Shown here: piece after piece, positions 58,022-64,000 of the stretch
How the letters are laid out: each line of letters begins with the position of its first letter
Position numbering within the stretch: the stretch's first letter is position 1
Origin: an uncultured Gammaproteobacteria bacterium
Lineage (GTDB): Bacteria > Patescibacteriota > Microgenomatia > JALYQM01
Assembly: GCA_964403585.1 (NCBI GenBank)
Contig: CAYOFQ010000001.1
Coordinates: 443,364 to 507,363, forward strand
Length of the DNA: 64,000 nucleotides
Direction: 5' to 3'
Notes under the pieces: generated by a model
Told to the model about the DNA's origin: nothing
Databases searched by the model: none
What the model saw: only the letters and a program-made list of their open reading frames with translations
Made by a program: the position numbers and the translations under genes

Positions 58022-58630
58022 TTAGCGGGGAAAAAAATGTTCCTTATGTTCGGTCATAAATCTGAAATAATCATTCCACAGCTGTTGCTCTAGATTTGAG
58101 GGATTGACCAGCTTTTTACCTTTAAATGCAAACCATTCCACCCACTGATCATAGCTAAAACCCCGGTCATGATAATACAGCTCCCCTGAAAGGTAGCAAT
58201 TCAAATCGGTAATAACCTTATCCAGAATATAAACAAATCTACTTTCCGGGTCACATTTTTCTTCATATGTTTCCATGGCAGCTGTCATATCTTTAAAATC
58301 AGGAAATTCCTTACTTAACCGCTGCAGGGCGGCTTCTTCCCGTTGATCTTTAGTGGCTCGCATGGCATTATTTTTCTGTGCGTCAGAAGTAAACGGCGCC
58401 GTATCGCCGGCATATACCTCAACCAGATCATGGATCAGCGCATATTTAAGCAGCTTCTCTTTATTCAGAGTCTCATCTAATTGTTCAGCCATATACCAGG
58501 CAACAATAGCCAGCTGATAGCTGTGTTCACTATCATTTTCGTGCCGTTTCAGGTCGTAAGATTTTGGATCACGTTCCACTGCATTAAATTGATGCGAAAG
58601 CTTAATTATGGGAATCAGTGAGTCAATCAT
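58022..58630 (-). CDS. HD-domain phosphohydrolase, tandem paralog
   Basis: …HSYQLAIV… and ALIHDLVEVYAGDTAP; same architecture as the neighbour. Confidence 0.6.
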   Translation of the reverse strand: MIDSLIPIIKLSHQFNAVERDPKSYDLKRHENDSEHSYQLAIVAWYMAEQLDETLNKEKLLKYALIHDLVEVYAGDTAPFTSDAQKNNAMRATKDQREEAALQRLSKEFPDFKDMTAAMETYEEKCDPESRFVYILDKVITDLNCYLSGELYYHDRGFSYDQWVEWFAFKGKKLVNPSNLEQQLWNDYFRFMTEHKEHFFPR

Positions 58631-58634
58631 TGCG

Positions 58635-59192
58635 TTACACCTCTTTCATCAGCGATTGTAAACTTATCTCTTCCAGCTCATCATCTTCGTTAACAACGTA
58701 CAGTTTGCCTTTTTGAGCCAGGACATGATCGGTAAAGAGCACTCCATTCAGATGGTCAAGTTCATGCTGGAAGTAGCGGGAAAACGGCTCCTTCATCTTC
58801 CGGCGGTGTTTTTTTCCTTTGAGGTCCATATATTCAACCTCCACACTGTCCGGACGAATGACCACTCCGTAAATATTGGGTATGGAAAGACACCCTTCTA
58901 AAAAGGTATCACCTTTACGGGTAAATCCTGTCGTCAGCGTTTCACTTGCCAGCACAATCGTCGGGTTTATGTAGACTTCGTAGTTTTCCTTGCCTTCCCG
59001 TAATATAAACATCCGCTCGGATACACCAATTTGCGGGGCCGCAATGCCTACACCCTCAACTTTACTGTGCGTTAGGGCGTACCACAGCTCATCAGCCAGT
59101 TGCCTGGTCTCTTTGGTAATCTTGCCAATTTCTTTTGCGACTTGGCGCAAAGTTGGATATGGTACAGTTACAATTTTCTTCATATTAGGCAC
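58635..59192 (-). CDS. def: Peptide deformylase
   Basis: GVGIAAPQIG, EGCLSIP, HELDHLNG — the three Def motifs. Confidence 0.9.
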   Translation of the reverse strand: MPNMKKIVTVPYPTLRQVAKEIGKITKETRQLADELWYALTHSKVEGVGIAAPQIGVSERMFILREGKENYEVYINPTIVLASETLTTGFTRKGDTFLEGCLSIPNIYGVVIRPDSVEVEYMDLKGKKHRRKMKEPFSRYFQHELDHLNGVLFTDHVLAQKGKLYVVNEDDELEEISLQSLMKEV

Positions 59193-61179
59193 TACTTACG
59201 GGATCTACATCAATTGTCCAGTCATTCGGAACTATCGCTACTAGTTTATCAAGATCTACCTTATTTCCTTTTAATAACAACTGATAATACCACTTATTCC
59301 GCAACCGAGGAATAATTCCGGTTGTTGGTCCAAGTATTTCGACTGCCTCGGTCAGGCCTAACTCCTTTGCTGTAGACTCAAGTTTTTTAGCCAAAACCTC
59401 GGCCTTATACTCGGCCTTTTCCTGTTTCTCATCACAGTATACCAGCTGAACTAAATCAGAGAAAGGGGGATACAGAAGGGACTTTCTAAAGCCAATCTCC
59501 TTAGTGAAAAAATCAGTGTAGTCATGCATAGCCGCTGCTGTCACTGCATAATGATCAGGATTATAGCTTTGCAAAATAACGTTACCTTGTTTCTCCGCCC
59601 TTCCGGCTCGACCGGCCACCTGCGTAATGAGCGAAAAACTGTTTTCTGCCGAAGAGTAGTTTGGCATATGCAAAGCAGTATCGGCATTCACTATTCCAAC
59701 CAGAGTTACATTGGGAATATCCCACCCTTTGGTAATCATTTGCGTGCCAATCAAAATGTCTGCCTCATGCTTAAGGAAACTGTGGTAAATCCGTTCATGA
59801 CTGCCTTTCGTAGTGGTGGTATCCCGATCCATGCGCAGAATTCTGACCTGCGGCATAATCTTTTTAATATCCTGCTCCACACGTTCCGTCCCTGATCCCA
59901 GAGGTTTTATATATAAACTCTCACATTCAGGGCATTGCAATACCATTTTTGTCTGGTAATCACAGTGATGGCACACGAGCATATTTGAAAACTCACCCAG
60001 AAGCTCCCTATGGAGAGTCAAGGCAATTGAACAGCGGGGGCATTCGGCTGTCCATCCACACATGCGACACATGAGCGAGCTGGCCACCCCGCGCTTATTC
60101 AAAAACAGCAGCGCCTGATCTCCTTTGGTCATCGCCTGCTTGAGTGCTAGTTCCAGATCATCTGATAATGTCGAGAAATTACGTTTCTTTAACTCCTCCC
60201 GCATATCCACTATCTTGACCTTCGGGAGCGAGGCATTTAATGCACGTTCCGAAAGCGTCAGCAGTTTCCAGTGTGGAGCACCGCTTTGGGGCTTAAAGTA
60301 GTCCTCAATCCTTGGCGTTGCGCTTCCCAGAATTAAAGGGATGCTCCGCACTTCCGCCATCTGTTGCGCCGTGCGTACCGCGTGATACCGTGGACTGGCT
60401 TCCTGCTTAAACGAATGGTCATGCGCTTCATCGATAATCACTAAGCCGAGATTGTGAAATGGTGCAAACAGCGCCGAACGGGAACCAATAACAATAGGCC
60501 GTTCACCGGTAATACAGCCGAGAAATGCGGCAAAACGCTCTCCGTCTGAAACTTGACTATTCAGTACTGAAGTTTTGCCGGGAAAGCGTTGCTCGACACG
60601 TTTAATTGTTTGAGGGGTGAGCGCAATTTCCGGAACAAGGTAAACAACCTGTTTGCCTGCCGCAAGGACCTGCTCCATAATTTGCAGATAAACTTCAGTT
60701 TTTCCGCTTCCCGTTACTCCATGCAACAGATAGGTCGCATGAGAATCTAGCGATGAAGTAATAACATCGAAGGCTGTTTGCTGTTCCGGAGTAAGCACCA
60801 CCGGCGCTCTGGCTAACTCAGCTTCGGCGGTTTTTTTCTGTTTGGGCAGCCGCACTTTTTTACGAAAAATCATCACCGTTTCAATACAATCACGAAGTGA
60901 CTCATGATAATATTCCGCCATCCAGGTAGCCGTTTCAATGAGCTCCGGGGTTAAAACCGGTGACTCATAAATAAGCTCGGAAATAGGCTTCGTCGCAAAC
61001 TCCGGAGCAGTATCGTGGAGTTTTATCACTACACCACGGATTTCTTTTTTCCCGTACGGTACCGCAACCAGTGAGCCTGGCTGAATCAGATGAGCTGCTT
61101 CAAACTCAGGCATGGCATAGGTAAAAACAGATTTTTTGGGATCACCATTAGTTAAGGCAACAATGTCGGCATACTTCAT
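59185..61179 (-). CDS. priA: Primosomal protein N' (PriA helicase)
   Basis: Walker A GVTGSGKTEVYL, DEAH-like IIDEAHD, Cys-rich zinc-binding insert (CRMCGWTAECPRC…CHHCDY…CPEC). Confidence 0.85.
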   Translation of the reverse strand: MKYADIVALTNGDPKKSVFTYAMPEFEAAHLIQPGSLVAVPYGKKEIRGVVIKLHDTAPEFATKPISELIYESPVLTPELIETATWMAEYYHESLRDCIETVMIFRKKVRLPKQKKTAEAELARAPVVLTPEQQTAFDVITSSLDSHATYLLHGVTGSGKTEVYLQIMEQVLAAGKQVVYLVPEIALTPQTIKRVEQRFPGKTSVLNSQVSDGERFAAFLGCITGERPIVIGSRSALFAPFHNLGLVIIDEAHDHSFKQEASPRYHAVRTAQQMAEVRSIPLILGSATPRIEDYFKPQSGAPHWKLLTLSERALNASLPKVKIVDMREELKKRNFSTLSDDLELALKQAMTKGDQALLFLNKRGVASSLMCRMCGWTAECPRCSIALTLHRELLGEFSNMLVCHHCDYQTKMVLQCPECESLYIKPLGSGTERVEQDIKKIMPQVRILRMDRDTTTTKGSHERIYHSFLKHEADILIGTQMITKGWDIPNVTLVGIVNADTALHMPNYSSAENSFSLITQVAGRAGRAEKQGNVILQSYNPDHYAVTAAAMHDYTDFFTKEIGFRKSLLYPPFSDLVQLVYCDEKQEKAEYKAEVLAKKLESTAKELGLTEAVEILGPTTGIIPRLRNKWYYQLLLKGNKVDLDKLVAIVPNDWTIDVDPVSSA

Positions 61180-61181
61180 TC

Positions 61182-63572
61182 CTACTCAAACCCTTTCTTA
61201 TAGTCCTCATTACCCGGATCCAGCTGCGAAGCTTTGTAGCGATATTCATTGGCCCTGGTCTTGTCATCGGCAGTAGTAGTTTTTTTATACCGGGCAAAAT
61301 AGAGATTACCAAGCCGGTTCCATCCCTCGGCCAGATCCGGTTTCCACTTCGTTGACTGATCAACAATTTTTATGGCGGTATCAAGATCATCCAGCCGCTC
61401 GTAATAGTTTGAGAGTACCAGAAGTGTGCTCACATCCGTCGGGGCGAGTGTCCGGGTCCGGTCAGCTGCTTTCTTTAAATCATCACCGTATTCCTTAAGG
61501 TCAAAGAAAGTCAGGTTATAGTATGTGTCGGCTAATTTTTTCCAGTACAGCACATTCCCCGGACTGATATCTACCGATGCTTTAGAGTTCATTTCTGCCA
61601 GCGACGCAATATCGGCTGCACTCGAGGCGTCATTTTCTTTCATCAGCGAGTAGACCATTTCACCTTCGGTCCACCCGATCTCCGAGTAGTAATAAGGCTC
61701 ATCCTTCCGCAATTCCAGCGCTGTGGCAAATTCTTTGTGTGCCTGGCCGATCTGACCTTGTCTATTGAGTAACCGGGCCTCGGCAAAATGAATATCGGCG
61801 AACCAGTAATTAACAAGCGAACTTAATAAATACATACCGGCGAAAACAATCAGACCATAAAATCCAATATGAATCCAATCCAGTGTTTTGTCCTGAGGGG
61901 TAACTCTCGCAAGAACTGCCTGAAATCGTGTTAACAACCCAAAGGAGAATCGTTCTCGGAAGGCCACAATCGACAAAAATCCCGGAAACAGGAAGAAGAA
62001 GAGCGCAACATTGACTACCGAAAATCCAAAAAAGTTGGTGATCAATATCGTAATGAATCCGGCTAATAACCCGGCGGTAATCAAAAAACTGTAATACGGC
62101 TTTTCCAGATGTGCGTGCTGTGCAAGGTCATTTTTGAGTTGTTTTTTAGCCCTTTCAACTTTTACTTCTAATTTCTCAACCGGTGCAGCCCAGACCTGAC
62201 CCGCATGGTTACGGAAACTGTGCCAGCCTTCTTTGGCAATGGAAAATAAATATACAAGATATACGATAATTCCAAAAATACCGGTTGTGGCCAGAATATT
62301 AAAGTACTCGTTATGTGCTTTATTATAAAGAAAGTCCCACTCGGTAGTTTGCAAAAGCTCGATTGGACGGTACTGATAAAACGAATACGCAAAGCTTTCT
62401 ACACCTGAACCAAGTACCGGATAGCGTTTAAATATTTCCCACGCACCTTTCCAGACAATAAATCGTATATTCCCTGTTTCTGTACCACCCGCGTCCTGTG
62501 GAATTGCCTGAACCACTGCTGCCGGCGCGCCGGGCGCCGACCCGGTTACACCAAGCCGAAAAGCATCAGCTGAAGAATAAAGCACACCAACGAGGAGCAC
62601 GATGCCAAACAGGAGTGAAGCCCAAATACGATTCTGGCGGTGGGAGCGATATATCACTGCAATTCCCGCCAGAAGCAGCGCTACATGTGACGCAACGATG
62701 GCAAGCTGCGGAAATTTATAATACACATATATATACAGTAAGACGAGTACAATAAACGCTGCTGCTACTTGGATAAAACGGACAGCAGTAGTAAACCGCT
62801 GAGCTACTACCATTGCCGCAAAAAATCCCATTCCTACTACGAGAGCCAATAGTCCGGAGCGTGATGCGGTAAATAAGAAGCTGACGAATAAAGAAAGTGT
62901 CGAAATTAAATACCAGGCTTTAACAAACCACCTTGACTCAAAGAGAAAGTAACTGATACTTAACGGGATCAGGGCGACCAGAAATGCAGCCAGCCAGTTC
63001 GGCTGGCCTAAAGAAGAAAATACCCGTGCCTGGACATTTTGAACCCAAAAATCTTTATCAACGCCGTAATGTTGGGCAATACCGTACCAGGAAACTAATG
63101 TGGCGGAAATTAAGGCAGTATTCACAAAGCGGTGAACATATTTTCGTTCATAGAAATTACTTACCAGTGCCCAGTATAAAACCGCATACGAAATACTTGA
63201 AAGTAATCCACCATGGAAACGCGAGTAATATCCCCATAACGACGTATGAAAATCAATCGAAAAGATTGTCGACAGAACTTGTGAAAGAAGAAAAAGCGAT
63301 AAGGGATAATCCAGAAATGTTTTACGGAAGATAATCTTCTTATCTTCAATACACCGGATGAGCCACAATACCAATACAACAATACTAATGCCGTAGACAA
63401 AAAACATTTTGTTAAATTCAAACAATTCAAATGTTTGCGGGTCGATACCAAATATAATCCACGGAATCGGGAAATAATGAGTAAATGGATAAAACAACAG
63501 CGGCGATATAAAAAACAGCAATAAGTACGTGCAATACAATGCTTTGTGCACATAGTGGGATACGGTATTCAT
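61182..63572 (-). CDS. O-antigen ligase (Wzy_C)-domain polytopic membrane protein with C-terminal TPR repeats
   Basis: ~12 TM helices with central Wzy_C-like loop, C-terminal TPR-like repeats. Confidence 0.6.
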   Translation of the reverse strand: MNTVSHYVHKALYCTYLLLFFISPLLFYPFTHYFPIPWIIFGIDPQTFELFEFNKMFFVYGISIVVLVLWLIRCIEDKKIIFRKTFLDYPLSLFLLSQVLSTIFSIDFHTSLWGYYSRFHGGLLSSISYAVLYWALVSNFYERKYVHRFVNTALISATLVSWYGIAQHYGVDKDFWVQNVQARVFSSLGQPNWLAAFLVALIPLSISYFLFESRWFVKAWYLISTLSLFVSFLFTASRSGLLALVVGMGFFAAMVVAQRFTTAVRFIQVAAAFIVLVLLYIYVYYKFPQLAIVASHVALLLAGIAVIYRSHRQNRIWASLLFGIVLLVGVLYSSADAFRLGVTGSAPGAPAAVVQAIPQDAGGTETGNIRFIVWKGAWEIFKRYPVLGSGVESFAYSFYQYRPIELLQTTEWDFLYNKAHNEYFNILATTGIFGIIVYLVYLFSIAKEGWHSFRNHAGQVWAAPVEKLEVKVERAKKQLKNDLAQHAHLEKPYYSFLITAGLLAGFITILITNFFGFSVVNVALFFFLFPGFLSIVAFRERFSFGLLTRFQAVLARVTPQDKTLDWIHIGFYGLIVFAGMYLLSSLVNYWFADIHFAEARLLNRQGQIGQAHKEFATALELRKDEPYYYSEIGWTEGEMVYSLMKENDASSAADIASLAEMNSKASVDISPGNVLYWKKLADTYYNLTFFDLKEYGDDLKKAADRTRTLAPTDVSTLLVLSNYYERLDDLDTAIKIVDQSTKWKPDLAEGWNRLGNLYFARYKKTTTADDKTRANEYRYKASQLDPGNEDYKKGFE

Positions 63573-63638
63573 ACCGAGAGTATATCAGACAATCTTCAAC
63601 TTTTGAAATTTAACTCCGAGCAGTATATACTGCCACCT

Positions 63639-64000
63639 ATGTTCGATAGATTTTGGAATACCGTGTCGTTTGATATTGGAATTGATTTGGGAACAGCGAA
63701 TACTCTTGTTTTTGTCAAAGGCAAAGGAATTGTTTCCCGGGAACCTTCAATCGTAGCTCAGCACAAAAAAACGAAGCAAATAATTGCACTTGGTTCGCAG
63801 GCCAAGAAAATGCTTGGCAAAACTCCTTCATCAATACAAGCGGTGCAGCCGCTAAAAAGTGGTGTTATTTCAGATTTTGATGTTGCGCAGGAAATGCTTC
63901 GTTCTTTAATTAAAAAAGTTCACGAAGGTGGTGCCGGGTATTTGCCGCGTATACCCCGTCCGCGGGTTGTTATCGGTATACCTGCCGGAGTTACCGAAGT
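63639..64000 (+). CDS. mreB: Rod shape-determining protein MreB (5' partial, runs off window)
   Basis: MFDRFWNTVSFDIGIDLGTANTLVFVKGKGIV…PRVVIGIPAGVTEV actin-fold phosphate-1 motif. Confidence 0.8.
   Translation, partial: MFDRFWNTVSFDIGIDLGTANTLVFVKGKGIVSREPSIVAQHKKTKQIIALGSQAKKMLGKTPSSIQAVQPLKSGVISDFDVAQEMLRSLIKKVHEGGAGYLPRIPRPRVVIGIPAGVTE

Noticed and set aside
1-64000. CRISPR arrays, insertion sequences with transposases, rRNA genes
   Set aside because: No spaced direct-repeat arrays, no DDE/IS transposase-like ORFs and no rRNA-like conserved stretches seen.

Overview
The window is low-GC bacterial DNA with compact gene spacing. The biases recorded under findings (five Nudix genes, quinone-dependent PyrD plus VKOR, a tRNA-targeting island) hint at a small-genome, possibly host-associated lineage; this is inference only. 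Most of the window is chromosomal backbone: cysS, rpmB, def-fmt, priA, mreB, pyrD, tdh-kbl, rdgB, a trehalase, SulP and ABC transporters, TspO, MgtC, five Nudix hydrolases and a tRNA-Thr/tRNA-Tyr pair. About 11.7 kb (~16.1-27.9 kb) is a composite integrative island abutting tRNA-His. It carries an XRE regulator, two large serine recombinases plus a truncated resolvase, a complete Gabija (GajA/GajB) anti-phage system, a visibly GC-rich foreign secreted-protein gene and two ~1 kb ORF-free stretches. Its far end has deleted most of a histidine-kinase gene. The feature I rate highest is an 823-aa ORF (37360..39831) that fuses a complete SF2 helicase core to a sigma-70-family C-terminal module. That module has a near-canonical RpoD region 4.2 and a region-2-like segment that appears to lack the aromatic melting residues. 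Other notes: three GC-rich xenolog-like genes in an AT-rich background; an ogt pseudogene with an internal deletion; a D/Y/H/N/K-rich secreted low-complexity protein; an 11-mer-repeat amphipathic protein; two tandem HD hydrolases inserted between def and fmt; and a recurring ACTATAGG(A/T)TA intergenic motif.
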